DNA from: Aulosira sp. ZfuVER01
Lineage (GTDB): Bacteria > Cyanobacteriota > Cyanobacteriia > Cyanobacteriales > Nostocaceae
NCBI GenBank assembly: GCA_034530615.2
Contig: JAVRCV020000052.1
Span: forward strand, 1 to 64,000
Reading direction: 5' to 3'
DNA: 64,000 bases
This document shows positions 53,085 to 63,906 of the stretch, piece by piece (the first letter of the stretch is position 1; each line of letters opens with the position of its first letter). The notes beneath the pieces were generated by a model. The model saw nothing but the letters and a program-made list of their open reading frames with translations. It was not told where the DNA came from and ran no database searches. The translations under genes were made by a program, and so were the position numbers.

Positions 53085-54218
53085 CTATGCAGGGTTAAAT
53101 TCAGATTTGCGTTGCAGTAGTTGAATAATCGCAGCCTTCTCTAAAATTCCCACTAGCACACCGTTGTCACGAATTACAGTCAGTGCAGATAGCTGTTGTT
53201 GTTCGAGTAGCTGAACTACTTCCACTAAAGGCTTGTCTGATTGGACAGTGACAGATTCTGCAATTGGTCGCATTACTTCTTTAACTTGAGTCTCTGACCA
53301 CTGAGCTGTGGGGATGGTTCGCAGATCGCTAGCTGCAATCGCACCTACTAATTGTCCCTCATCATCAGTCACTAAGAAGCGATGCCATTGTTCTCCACTT
53401 AAGATGCGCTCATCAGCGAACTCTCTCAAAGTTAGATTAGCAGAAACAATCGGGCTATTAGGAGTGACAACATCCTCTGCTGTTAAACCTGTGAGTTTTT
53501 CTTGTACTCTGGCGTATTGCGCCGCATTACCTGCATTTTGCAACAAGAAGAAACCGACTAACAAATTCCAGATGTTAGCAAAGCTGCCAAATAATAGTAC
53601 AGGGATCAAACCAGAGGCGATCGCTACCCAACCAAATATCTGTCCTACTCGGCTAGCAAATGTCACACCTTTATAAGGATTGCCTGTAATTTTCCAAACT
53701 AAAGCCTTCAGTATATTCCCGCCATCCAAGGGCAAGCCAGGAATCAGGTTAAACAATGCTAACGCTAGGTTAACAGCAGCCAAAACACCAAGAATCGCGC
53801 CTAGTGGTCCTGTGGCAGCAGTAGCATAACCAACGCCTGTAGCCGCAGCGCATAGGATTAGACTAACTAAAGGCCCAGCGATCGCTACCCAAAACGCTTC
53901 ACCTGGGGTTTTCGATTCTTTTTCTAAGCTAGCTAAACCACCAAATATAAATAAGGTGATGGATTTAACATCAATTCCTTGACGAATAGCTACGAAGCTG
54001 TGTCCTAATTCGTGGGCGACGACAGAGGCAAATAACAACAGCGCTGTCATCAATCCTAGTAGTAAAGCTAGCCCCCCAGATAATTGAGGAAATTGCCCCA
54101 TCAGTCCGCTGCTATAAGTCCAAGTTACCAAACCAAGTACTAAAAACCACGACGGATGGATGTAGAAGGGAATCCCAAAGAGATTACCAGCGCGTATTGT
54201 GCCATTCATGTCGTTCAC
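53085..54218 (-). CDS. Site-2 (M50) protease with CBS pair
   Basis: HELGH, NLIPGLPLDGG, C-terminal CBS domains. Confidence 0.92.
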   Translation of the reverse strand: MNDMNGTIRAGNLFGIPFYIHPSWFLVLGLVTWTYSSGLMGQFPQLSGGLALLLGLMTALLLFASVVAHELGHSFVAIRQGIDVKSITLFIFGGLASLEKESKTPGEAFWVAIAGPLVSLILCAAATGVGYATAATGPLGAILGVLAAVNLALALFNLIPGLPLDGGNILKALVWKITGNPYKGVTFASRVGQIFGWVAIASGLIPVLLFGSFANIWNLLVGFFLLQNAGNAAQYARVQEKLTGLTAEDVVTPNSPIVSANLTLREFADERILSGEQWHRFLVTDDEGQLVGAIAASDLRTIPTAQWSETQVKEVMRPIAESVTVQSDKPLVEVVQLLEQQQLSALTVIRDNGVLVGILEKAAIIQLLQRKSEFNPA

Positions 54219-54333
54219 CTTTGATTTCTGCTTCTAGAGGTCTGCTTTCGTCCTCTTGATGTTTCTAGTGTAACGAAATGTAAATGAATTTTAATCTTTC
54301 TGTTGGTAGTGGTGTCCGTCAGTTCAGGTGCGG

Positions 54334-55257
54334 TTATTTGGATGTAGATGTTTTGACATCTGCTGGCAAAGCGTAAAAGCCTAAATGATTGCCAACTGGA
54401 CGTTCCCGCATCGGTAGTTTGGTATGAATGGGAGCATTTAATACCTTTGCACCATTAGGCTTTCCCATAACTAATGTAACGGAACCACCACCATCCATAT
54501 TGAGTGCAGTATCAGCGCCTAAATCTATAGCAGTCTTTGCCAACTCAGTCAGAGTCAGTCCTTCACTATAGAAGGGTTGTTTCCCATCTACCACAATCAG
54601 CCAGAGTTTTGTACCTTCTCGGTTGATCGCTGCTGCTAAACGTGGGTAAGGTTTATTTTCGCGAATCTGAGAAATCACAGCCTTACCATTAGCAACTAGA
54701 ATTTCTTGCCCTGCAACACCTTGAACTGTACCCTGAGGACATTTCCCACTGGCTAAGATTTGGGCAAGATTATTTTGAGAAAAGCACACCACAGCCTTAT
54801 TGGATTCTGATTTGGAATAACGAGATCCATTAGAGATTGCTTCTCCTAAAGGATAAGAAGGATCGCCACTATGGGGATAGTAGTCCCAAGGTGTTTTTTC
54901 ATAAAAATGATGGAAGTAGCTAGCATTTACAGCTAATTGCAGCTTATATTTACCAAGAAATTCTGATGTAGTGCGGGCGTTAGTTTTTCTACCTTTACCA
55001 AATGGGAAACCTGGAGTTACTAAAGGTTTTACTCCCGGTGCTGTCAAGTCAACGGTGACAATATGCATCGTCACAGGACGTGGTTGGGAAATAGTACGAC
55101 GTTGATAAAAAATGCCTTTAAATAATACTTGCTGTCGATCCGTTCGGGATGGACGTAATAAGCACAACCATCCGTAGAAGATGGCGGGAGATAACAGCAG
55201 ACTTAAAAAAGCCGCGATCGCAAATCGTCGGATGTAAACTTGGTAGCGATGATGCAT
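54334..55257 (-). CDS. Phosphodiester glycosidase (NAGPA-like) family protein
   Basis: PR.A, VVDG, ALNMDGGGS. Confidence 0.85.
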   Translation of the reverse strand: MHHRYQVYIRRFAIAAFLSLLLSPAIFYGWLCLLRPSRTDRQQVLFKGIFYQRRTISQPRPVTMHIVTVDLTAPGVKPLVTPGFPFGKGRKTNARTTSEFLGKYKLQLAVNASYFHHFYEKTPWDYYPHSGDPSYPLGEAISNGSRYSKSESNKAVVCFSQNNLAQILASGKCPQGTVQGVAGQEILVANGKAVISQIRENKPYPRLAAAINREGTKLWLIVVDGKQPFYSEGLTLTELAKTAIDLGADTALNMDGGGSVTLVMGKPNGAKVLNAPIHTKLPMRERPVGNHLGFYALPADVKTSTSK

Positions 55258-55400
55258 AACTTTTTGGAGAACAGTTTTTTTAGTGTTCTTGCACCCCTAA
55301 TGCCAAGTAGCCGCCTATGTAATTATGACAAATCCCCAGTGAGGTAGTGATGAGACTCTCGAAGTAGCTATTCCTTATCAATCAAACTTAATTTATGATG

Positions 55401-56720
55401 CTAACTCAGATCTGGAAGACCGAAGTATCTACGTTGCCAAAATTCTGAATTTTTGTAGAGAGCATCTTTCTTCTTCAAAAAGGAGAAGATAATCGTCCGA
55501 AGCGAAGTTGTAGCTTGTTTTGAAGCATCGAGGATAGATATTTTCACGCCATCAATTTTACACTCGTTGCTGACGAAACTGCCATGCGCAATCTTGCTGC
55601 GAAGCCCATAGATATCACGAGCAAACTTGAATGCAGATTGTCGTTGTTCGGGGGGAAATAACATGGCGTAATTTAAGGAAAACCGAAAGCTCAACTCACC
55701 CTGCCGATCAGTAATACTAGACAAGAGTAAGGCTTCCATTCCGATCACTGCATCAACAATGCGGTCATGGGGACGAGTTCGGTGTTCAGCATCCGCTAGC
55801 CGGGAACATGCCATACGCATTGCCTCTTCGTTAATGCTAAATATTAGCTTGGCATGTTCTTCGAGAGAGGCAACTTCTTTGATGTTAATTTGGTACTGGC
55901 CAGGTGGAACATACAAATCCCCATAACCATATGATCCGAATGGGAAGGGGCAAAATTTCACTGGAGAATATTGAATCAAATTGTATCCAACATACCCTTC
56001 CTTAAATGTCCGTAAGCAAAGCATAGCTTTGTCTAGTTTTGCTTTTACATCATCAGTACTAAGTAGTTGATCATTTTCTTCTAAACCTCCTACTAATTTA
56101 GGCACTTCTATGTCTCCCTCAATACAAAACTCATGCATTCCATGAAAGCTGCTTTGCGACAAAGTAGACTGCATTGTTCCACCATATAAATCAGATATTT
56201 CGGATTCATGCAATCGTCGAATTCTTAGCCCTTCTGGTAAACTAATAGAGTTGCTACTTGGTGAGTAAAAGTTTAAGAGTACGGAGCGGAAGAGCAATTT
56301 GACTGTTTGAGAATCAACAAAAGCCTCAAATTCATTGACTAATTCATCAATCAGATTCTCGCCCAAATTAAATGTTTTGTGTGATTTCCATAGGTGCCCA
56401 AGTGAACAGCGGAAGATCCAGGCTCGGTCGTGTCCATAATTAAAGCAACCAAATAGTGGAAAACCAAGCATTCCTCCGTATTCGGGGTGATGCTTGAAAA
56501 ATGATTCTATAAATGTTTCTGCCACAGTGTTGATCGTCGTGTTAGCCCTTATGAAGACTTCCCCAAGATCTGGTAGCCACTGCCATTCACCATTCCACTG
56601 TCTCTCACCAGTCTTTTTCCATACCAAGTGTTGTGATAGGCATTGGCTTGACAGTGACTGAAGTGTAGGAAGACATTCCTGAATCGCTTTCTTCAAAAGT
56701 GTTTTAGATTTTGCGTGCAT
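55401..56720 (-). CDS. HEPN domain protein (ApeA-like HEPN)
   Basis: C-terminal GMEALL...ELSFRF...YGLRSKIAHG with an R-x4-H motif. Confidence 0.75.
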   Translation of the reverse strand: MHAKSKTLLKKAIQECLPTLQSLSSQCLSQHLVWKKTGERQWNGEWQWLPDLGEVFIRANTTINTVAETFIESFFKHHPEYGGMLGFPLFGCFNYGHDRAWIFRCSLGHLWKSHKTFNLGENLIDELVNEFEAFVDSQTVKLLFRSVLLNFYSPSSNSISLPEGLRIRRLHESEISDLYGGTMQSTLSQSSFHGMHEFCIEGDIEVPKLVGGLEENDQLLSTDDVKAKLDKAMLCLRTFKEGYVGYNLIQYSPVKFCPFPFGSYGYGDLYVPPGQYQINIKEVASLEEHAKLIFSINEEAMRMACSRLADAEHRTRPHDRIVDAVIGMEALLLSSITDRQGELSFRFSLNYAMLFPPEQRQSAFKFARDIYGLRSKIAHGSFVSNECKIDGVKISILDASKQATTSLRTIIFSFLKKKDALYKNSEFWQRRYFGLPDLS

Positions 56721-57179
56721 GAGTTCTTATGAGCTTTAATACAAATTTTCAATACTTTTCGTTTAATTCTCAGTCAGTTACTGCTACCTAACTGTCTATG
56801 ATGCAGATACTACCGCCGATTCTGTACAAAAACGAATACTGCCGACAGATGGAATAGAGAACGGGCAGGGACGGAAGCCAAAATGGAAATCAAACACTGA
56901 ATCAGTAGGACTTCCCAACAAGTACATTTCACGGCTCACTCAAATTGCTAGAGAGTGGGAAGCTGAAAAGAATATCTAAAGTGAATAAATTAATTTAATA
57001 AACTCTGTGATTTCATTTCAAGGAGGACAACTACGCTTAGGAAGATTTTTCTAGAAATTCCTACCTACGGCACTATCTAGATTTGTTAGTGTAGGGATAA
57101 TAAAAATAGTGCTGACGTAGCTGGGCAACTTCTACCGAGCAATAAATAGTGATAAAAATTAATACTCACAGTAAGAATT

Positions 57180-57683
57180 ATGACAGCATTTGAACCTAAA
57201 AGCATTCGTTCTTATACTCAAGAAGATGTACAGCAAATTCTCCAGTTGGCGATCGCTACTCAGGCTGACAACACAGATAGAGAATTTTCTTACGATGAGT
57301 TGTTGGAAATCGCTGCTGAGTTAGATATTGCTCCAGATTCCTTGAAATTAGCGGAACGCGACTGGCTGATGCAACAGAGTGAACTGCAACAGCGGCAAGT
57401 TTTTAATCTCTACCGTCAAGGAAGATTTAAAAAGCGTTTGGGTAATTATGCGATCGCTAATGCTTTTTTTATCTTACTGGATTTGATTAGTGGTGGCGGT
57501 CTGACTTGGTCGTTATATATTGTGCTATTTTGCGGTTCTCTAGTAGGGCTGGATATTTGGAATACCTTCCTCATGAAAGGTGAAGAGTACGAAAGGGCGT
57601 TCCAGCGGTGGAATCGCAAACATCAGATTAAACAAACTATCAATTCAGTATTGAATAGGTGGTTTAGAGCGTTGCAGGCTTAA
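57180..57683 (+). CDS. 2TM domain protein
   Basis: YTQEDVQQILQLA N-terminus and two C-terminal TM helices. Confidence 0.8.
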   Translation: MTAFEPKSIRSYTQEDVQQILQLAIATQADNTDREFSYDELLEIAAELDIAPDSLKLAERDWLMQQSELQQRQVFNLYRQGRFKKRLGNYAIANAFFILLDLISGGGLTWSLYIVLFCGSLVGLDIWNTFLMKGEEYERAFQRWNRKHQIKQTINSVLNRWFRALQA

Positions 57684-57729
57684 GCTCGACTTTATCCATT
57701 TCAGTCTTGAATTTAAGAGCATCTAGTTT

Positions 57730-58038
57730 CTAAGCATGGGGAAAATTCCGCACTTGATACTCTGCTGACTCCACCAATTTATAAGTATCTCCCAAAGCTG
57801 CGGCAAACTGTTGTTCAACAGCCTCTAATTCTGCTTGCGGTATGGCGTGCCACTGCTCTCGTGTTGCCCAACGAATGACAAATATAATTTCTGTAGGATC
57901 GTGGGGATTGATCCAAACTTCTTTACCCAGAAACCCAGGATACTTAGCAAGGGCGGTTGTCCAAATTTCCGCATCCTTCTGGATATAAATTTCCCCCATC
58001 TCGGAAGCAATTTTAAACTTTAGCAGTTCGATAACCAC
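57730..58038 (-). CDS. TIGR03792 family (ABM-like) protein
   Basis: MVIE.LKF, DAEIWT..L..YPGFLGKEVW. Confidence 0.8.
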   Translation of the reverse strand: MVIELLKFKIASEMGEIYIQKDAEIWTTALAKYPGFLGKEVWINPHDPTEIIFVIRWATREQWHAIPQAELEAVEQQFAAALGDTYKLVESAEYQVRNFPHA

Positions 58039-58174
58039 ACCTTGCCATTCCTTGTATTTGCCAATTTGCCAAAATAGAGTTGTAGGCTAGAATAACTACG
58101 CTTTTAGCATAGCTTGATTGCATACACTCAAGAGCAAGGGTTGGCTGGTTTGAAATAAGTAAGAGGAAGGCAGT

Positions 58175-58498
58175 ATGGATAATAACAATTGGATGCAGCA
58201 ATTATTGATGCTTGGTATTGGTACAACGTCTTTGGTAGCAGACAAACTACGCCAAGTCAGCGATGAATTGGTCAAGGATGGCAAGCTGAATCCTGAGCAA
58301 GCAAAAGCTGTGATGGATGATATTGTACAGCAGTTGCGATCGGAGCAGGGAACTTGGGAAGCTCAAATGCAACGGCAAATGCGCAATATGATGCAGGATT
58401 TGGGGGTAGCGCGTCAGTCAGAGGTAGACGAACTGCGGGGTAGAATTGACCGTTTAGAGCGTCAAGTGCGGGATTTAGAAAATAAGCTTTGGCGTTAG
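58175..58498 (+). CDS. Phasin-like family protein
   Basis: GIG, LVKDGKL..EQAK, EVDELRGRIDRLE. Confidence 0.75.
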   Translation: MDNNNWMQQLLMLGIGTTSLVADKLRQVSDELVKDGKLNPEQAKAVMDDIVQQLRSEQGTWEAQMQRQMRNMMQDLGVARQSEVDELRGRIDRLERQVRDLENKLWR

Positions 58499-58576
58499 AA
58501 CATCCTTTGTGATTTAAACTAATTTGTGTCCTGTTGGTGATACTGTTCCAAACTACCTAAGTAGGGAGGGTTAATT

Positions 58577-59098
58577 TTGAAAGCAATTTTACTCAGCGTT
58601 GGGTTAATGCTGGTATGTGTTGTGGTTTTGGTATTAGCGCAAGTTGGTAGTAAGCAGGACTCTGCCATTGCTGCTAATTTCACCCAACCTATCTCAGCAC
58701 CCACTACTGTTACTGAAAACAATACTTTGATTGCGAGCAATACTATGTCTGATGCTAATGCCGTAACTACCCCCTCTGGATTGAAATACATTGAATTACA
58801 AGAGGGGACTGGGGCGACTCCTCAAACTGGACAAAAGGTTGTAGTTCACTACACTGGCACTCTAGAAGATGGTACAAAGTTTGATAGTTCACGCGATCGC
58901 AACCGTCCTTTCGACTTTACACTTGGTGTTGGACAAGTGATCAAAGGTTGGGACGAAGGACTTAGCACAATGAAAGTTGGCGGTCGTCGTCAGTTAATTA
59001 TCCCCCCAGAATTGGGTTATGGTGCTCGTGGTGCTGGTGGTGTGATTCCACCAAATGCTACTTTAATTTTTGATGTGGAATTGCTAGATATTAAATAG
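58577..59098 (+). CDS. FKBP-type peptidyl-prolyl isomerase
   Basis: [35 protein letters not shown]. Confidence 0.95.
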   Translation: MKAILLSVGLMLVCVVVLVLAQVGSKQDSAIAANFTQPISAPTTVTENNTLIASNTMSDANAVTTPSGLKYIELQEGTGATPQTGQKVVVHYTGTLEDGTKFDSSRDRNRPFDFTLGVGQVIKGWDEGLSTMKVGGRRQLIIPPELGYGARGAGGVIPPNATLIFDVELLDIK

Positions 59099-59271
59099 CA
59101 ATCACTATTAGTCAGTTATCAGTGAACAGTTATCAGTTATCAGCTTAAAAAACATTCTCAAAGCTAATAAATTTCTTGCTGGAGAAACAAAATTTTTTGA
59201 GTGTTTAAATCACCGAAATTTAGTTATGATTTTAACTGTTAATTGCTAACTGATAACTGACAATTGTATTA

Positions 59272-60627
59272 TCAATAATTATTAGGCCGAGCTAAATTCT
59301 TAAACTTCGTAAACTGCGGATCGAATAAAAGTTTAACTGTACCTGTCGGGCCGTTGCGGTGTTTAGCTACTATTACTTCTGCAATACCGCGATCGGGGCT
59401 GTCATTATTGTAGTAGTCATCCCGGTACAACATTATTACTAAATCCGCATCTTGTTCAATCGAACCCGACTCACGTAAATCTGACAACATTGGGCGTTTA
59501 TTAGTACGTGCTTCTACGCCTCGGCTTAACTGAGATAAAGCGATAATTGGAACTGATAATTCCCGTGCTAAACCTTTTAAAGAACGAGTAATTTTAGATA
59601 ATTCTTGTACGCGGTTATCACCTGCGCCTTCCATTAATTGCAGGTAATCTATAACAATTAATCCCAATTCCATCCCTTGTTCTGCTTGTAGTCGCCGTGC
59701 CTGACTACGCATTTGGGTGACGGTGATATTCGGCGTGTCATCAATAAAAATTGGCATCTCGGAAAGCATACTAATAGCACGGCTTAAAGGTTCCCACTGT
59801 GCTTGACTGAGCCTTCCACTCCGCAGATAACCACTTTCAATTCCGGCTTCGCTAGCTAATAGACGTTGCACTAACTGTTCTTTAGACATTTCTAAACTGA
59901 AAACAGCAACAGGAAATCTATGAGAAGCAGCAATATTATAAGCGAGGTTCAAGCAAAATGCTGTCTTTCCCATTGCCGGTCTCGCAGCGACAATAATTAA
60001 ATCAGAACGCTGGAAGCCACTAGTCATGGCATCTAAATCGTAAAAACTACAAGTAATTCCAGGTAAGGCAATGCCTTGATTTCGCTCTTCAATATCCTGA
60101 AAATTACTAATTAATGTATCTGCAATATGAACTAGCCCTGTTTGAGGACGTTCTTGAGTTATACCAAAAACTTTTTGTTCTGCCTGATCTAAAACAATCG
60201 GTAATTCTTTCTCAGTTTCATATCCAAGATGCACAATTTCATTGCCAGCTTTAATTAACTGTCGCCGCAGGAATTTATCCATCACTAACTCGGCTAAGGA
60301 GTCGATGTTAACTGCTGACACTGTGCGATCTACAAGTGTGGCTAATTTATTTCTCCCACCTATGCGGGTAAGCATCTCGTTATCAGTCAGCCAACTAGTA
60401 ACTGAGAGCAAGTCTGTAGGTTTACCTTGGGCGTGGAGTCGTAGCGCTGCTTGATAAATATCTTTGTGGGCGCTAATGTAAAAAGCTTCGCCAACTAAGC
60501 GATCGCTAACTCGACCAATCGCTTCTGGATCTAGCAAAATTCCCCCCAAAATCGCTTCTTCTGCTTCAATATTTTGGGGTGGGAGGCGGTCACTACCATC
60601 GCCTTTAAAACTTAGTTCTTCAGCCAT
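59272..60627 (-). CDS. dnaB: Replicative DNA helicase (no intein)
   Basis: PPQNIEAEE, ARPAMGKT, IDYLQL, LSQLSR, DLRESGSIEQDAD. Confidence 0.97.
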   Translation of the reverse strand: MAEELSFKGDGSDRLPPQNIEAEEAILGGILLDPEAIGRVSDRLVGEAFYISAHKDIYQAALRLHAQGKPTDLLSVTSWLTDNEMLTRIGGRNKLATLVDRTVSAVNIDSLAELVMDKFLRRQLIKAGNEIVHLGYETEKELPIVLDQAEQKVFGITQERPQTGLVHIADTLISNFQDIEERNQGIALPGITCSFYDLDAMTSGFQRSDLIIVAARPAMGKTAFCLNLAYNIAASHRFPVAVFSLEMSKEQLVQRLLASEAGIESGYLRSGRLSQAQWEPLSRAISMLSEMPIFIDDTPNITVTQMRSQARRLQAEQGMELGLIVIDYLQLMEGAGDNRVQELSKITRSLKGLARELSVPIIALSQLSRGVEARTNKRPMLSDLRESGSIEQDADLVIMLYRDDYYNNDSPDRGIAEVIVAKHRNGPTGTVKLLFDPQFTKFKNLARPNNY

Positions 60628-60698
60628 AAGCGATTTAAAATGGGCGATCGAGGGTTTAACTCTAACTATCGCTCAGAAGATAAAAAATCAGATAGATA

Positions 60699-60751
60699 AC
60701 CACAGATAAACACAGATTAACACCGATGAAGAATCTGTGGGCATCTGTGGT
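60699..60751. repeat. REP-like ACACAGATAA repeat with inverted arm
   Basis: ACCACAGATAAACACAGAT...ATCTGTGGGCATCTGTGGT. Confidence 0.6.
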
Positions 60752-60768
60752 CAAAAGTCAATCAGTCT

Positions 60769-61227
60769 TTAGCTAGCAACTACTTCAATATCGAGTTGTG
60801 CTGTTACTTCCGAATGTAGCTTAATGTCAGCTTTGTAAGTGCCAAGGTGGTTGATATCGGGGAGGGTGATACCGCGACGATCAACTTCTTGACCTGTAGC
60901 TGCTTTAATTGCATCTGCAACGTCTTGGGCGGTAACAGTACCGAAAATCGCTTCGTTTTCACCAACCTGTTTGGCAATTTGCAAGCTACTAACTTTTTCA
61001 AGAGCTGCTTTTTGTTCTAAAGCTTGTTGTCTGAGTTCTAACTGCCGTTGACGTTCTTGCTCGCGACGGCGTTCTACTTGCCTGAGAATACCAGGAGTAG
61101 CATGAGTTGCCATTTTTTGGGGAATCAGATAATTACGAGCATAGCCTGGAGCTACATCCACTAAGTCGCCTAATTTTCCCAGCTTATTAACATCCTGAGT
61201 TAAAACTAACTGTACGCGTTTCGCCAT
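60769..61227 (-). CDS. rplI: 50S ribosomal protein L9
   Basis: [24 protein letters not shown]. Confidence 0.97.
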   Translation of the reverse strand: MAKRVQLVLTQDVNKLGKLGDLVDVAPGYARNYLIPQKMATHATPGILRQVERRREQERQRQLELRQQALEQKAALEKVSSLQIAKQVGENEAIFGTVTAQDVADAIKAATGQEVDRRGITLPDINHLGTYKADIKLHSEVTAQLDIEVVAS

Positions 61228-61394
61228 TGTTTTTCGTTTTCCTGTAGAATCTCATTAACTTGGGTTGCAGCCGGATAGCTCACATGATGTGTAGCTGTAT
61301 CCCAAGTGGCTTGGCTTATACCCCAAAGCTTAAAGATCCTAGCGAATTGCAGGGGGCGATCGCAACTATTATTCTGCAAAAATATTATGTTGGC

Positions 61395-62474
61395 TTATAA
61401 TACTGCGATCGCTCTTTCTACCAAATCCAGTCCTTGAGAGACTACTGCATTCCGCCAACCCTTATCTGCTGGGACAAAAACTTCCATTAATCGCTGACAT
61501 ATCCAATCTTTAGATGGGTGATTTAGTGGTAAAAAGAAGTGAGCACGGTTTTCTGCGCGTAACGCCTCAACTACTTGAATCACTGGATAAGTGCCAAATT
61601 CTGCCGTGAGAAACTTGTAATTGCATTGGGGAAATTTGGCTTTACACCAAGTTCCTAATCCCCCACGAAATATGTAAGTCACCTTCCTTGCTTTATAAGC
61701 TTCCACAACATCGGCTCCAAATTTCTCAGTTAGCCACTGGGTTGATTGAGAGTCTGGGGGATCATCAATGAAGAGTTTATAGGTTGCCTTTTTACCCAGT
61801 CCTGTATGTAAGTCAATATGTATTACGTCTGTAGCCTTTCCAATCCAGCGAGAAAGATTTGCATCGAGAATTTGATAAGTCTTTGCAGGCCTATTTCCAC
61901 CAAAAAATAAGCCTTGAGGAAAGTCATATTGCCCTACTGGTAAGGTACTTGTTAAAGAATTAATACCATAGCGGAGAATAGAGGCGATCGCTTTCACAAA
62001 AAATGGCTCAAACCGAGATGGAGGTGAAGTTGGGTTGAAGAAAGCATTTAAATCGCTATACTTTGCCGGACTACCCGTGTACTCTTCGCCTGGTAGCAGG
62101 AAATTACGGTTGAGATCGATATTTTCCTCATTCCACCGCCTACACCAAGCAAAGCCGTAAGGATTCAAGGCGTGTAACAATACTAAAGCTATCCCCTGAC
62201 TGTGGTTCCAATTAACAAAACGCTCCTCTAGCAAAGCACACTGCACAGCAGAACCAAAAAATCCCTCCACCCCATGCAATCCACTGGAGACAACCACAAT
62301 TTTTTGGGAGTTTGGGTTTCCCAAGATAGCCACATCAATAGTTAAATCCTCCCCATCTGGCCCAGTTTGATCGATGGAGTATGCTTCTAAGCGACACCCC
62401 AAAGCCAACGCCGAGATGCGGAACCGATTCCTTGCTGTGGTGTAGTCAGGACAGAAACTAGAGTCATAGGACAT
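61395..62474 (-). CDS. DUF2817 / M14-like zinc carboxypeptidase
   Basis: SGLHGVEG, NPYG, DLNRNF, DLHTG, EFGT. Confidence 0.85.
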   Translation of the reverse strand: MSYDSSFCPDYTTARNRFRISALALGCRLEAYSIDQTGPDGEDLTIDVAILGNPNSQKIVVVSSGLHGVEGFFGSAVQCALLEERFVNWNHSQGIALVLLHALNPYGFAWCRRWNEENIDLNRNFLLPGEEYTGSPAKYSDLNAFFNPTSPPSRFEPFFVKAIASILRYGINSLTSTLPVGQYDFPQGLFFGGNRPAKTYQILDANLSRWIGKATDVIHIDLHTGLGKKATYKLFIDDPPDSQSTQWLTEKFGADVVEAYKARKVTYIFRGGLGTWCKAKFPQCNYKFLTAEFGTYPVIQVVEALRAENRAHFFLPLNHPSKDWICQRLMEVFVPADKGWRNAVVSQGLDLVERAIAVL

Positions 62475-62496
62475 ATCAACAATTCATGACAAATGA

Positions 62497-63270
62497 CTAA
62501 AATCTATCCTTCATTCCCCTGATCCGTGCAAAAGTATGCACCGGATCGTTACTCTTAGCAGCAGATTGTAGTGTTGGCTGCTCCCAGCGTAAAAAAGGAT
62601 TGGTACGTTTCTCCACTCCTAACAGCGACGGAATGGTAGCTTCCCCTCGGCTACGGTACGCCTTAACTTCATCGAAGCGTTTTTGTAAATCAGCGTTTTC
62701 ACCATCCACAGTCAGGGCAAATTGCAAATTTTTTAAAGTGTATTCATGGGCGCACCAGATGCGCGTATTATCGGGTAAAGAACGGAGTTTATTTAAAGAG
62801 TTGACCATTTGTGTGGGTGTCCCTTCAAATAAACGGCCGCAACCCCCAGAAAATAGGGTATCACCACAGAATAATTCGCCTGCTTCGTCGGCTATTGCTG
62901 GAGGAAAGTAGTACGCAATGTGAGCGCGGGTATGTCCGGGAACAAAGATAACTTCCGCTACTCGGTCGCCAAACTTAACCTGGGAGCCGTCTTCTAGAAA
63001 TACCTGCTGTCCGGGAATTCTCCCTCGATCCTCAACTCCGCCATACACTGTCACCCCAGGAAATTGTTGCATTAGCTGCTGATTACCACCCACATGATCG
63101 TGATGATGGTGCGTATTAAAAATCGCTACCAACTCAGCGTTCAGTTCTGTCAGTTGCTGTAATACTGGTTCTGCCTCTGCCGGATCGACCACCGCCGCAA
63201 TATTCTGTGTGCGCTCATGTAGCAAGAATATATAGTTATCCGAAAGTGCCTCAAGACGAATGACCTGCAT
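62497..63270 (-). CDS. gloB: Hydroxyacylglutathione hydrolase
   Basis: [31 protein letters not shown]. Confidence 0.95.
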   Translation of the reverse strand: MQVIRLEALSDNYIFLLHERTQNIAAVVDPAEAEPVLQQLTELNAELVAIFNTHHHHDHVGGNQQLMQQFPGVTVYGGVEDRGRIPGQQVFLEDGSQVKFGDRVAEVIFVPGHTRAHIAYYFPPAIADEAGELFCGDTLFSGGCGRLFEGTPTQMVNSLNKLRSLPDNTRIWCAHEYTLKNLQFALTVDGENADLQKRFDEVKAYRSRGEATIPSLLGVEKRTNPFLRWEQPTLQSAAKSNDPVHTFARIRGMKDRF

Positions 63271-63651
63271 AACTTCCTCTTAGCAGTAATGGTTGGTATT
63301 AATTAACATCATTAACCACAGTGAACAACAGGATTATCTGTACTAGCTATACAAAGTGTTTATATGTTGTTTATTGTAGCTGGAAAACACATAAAAACAT
63401 AATTTATACAACCGTATTTACCCGGAAATAGCGCTAAAAAGTAGGAATAAGCAACTTGATTAATCAGTACAATTTCTCTGGAAAGAAGTGTAAATGCGAA
63501 GTTAGATTGATTTTATTCTTTTTGTTGTTAAAACATCAAGAAATTTCGTCATCAGGAATTTGCATTATTTGCTCTGGTTAGTAAAAATTTAATAAACTTT
63601 AAATTTTTATTTAGCTCCTTTTTACATATTAAAGGTTGAGCAAATAATGTC

Positions 63652-63906
63652 ATGTTTGATTGCATCTGTAGGAGATTTATGAATTATCAAACATTGATGT
63701 ACAAAACCGTCAATAGCCAATCGGAAATAGGAGCTAAGGAAATTGTAGATCGAATTCTCGCATCAGGGATGATGAGTCGTCAAGATCATTCTTTACTTAC
63801 CTCGACTGTCTTGGCTAATGGCGATATTAATGATGGAGATCGTCGCCAAATTAACCGCATATTTGACCATGTACAAACAGGACAGCTTAAATTAATGGAC
63901 TGGTAG
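63652..63906 (+). CDS. Small conserved cyanobacterial hypothetical protein
   Basis: IVDRILASG.MSRQDH..LTS...INRIFD; true start probably at a downstream ATG. Confidence 0.65.
   Translation: MFDCICRRFMNYQTLMYKTVNSQSEIGAKEIVDRILASGMMSRQDHSLLTSTVLANGDINDGDRRQINRIFDHVQTGQLKLMDW

Noticed and set aside
56786..56792. GTTAGGT (minus strand) upstream of the HEPN gene as an integron cassette core site
   Set aside because: No matching RYYYAAC/attC structure after the gene and no integrase in the window.
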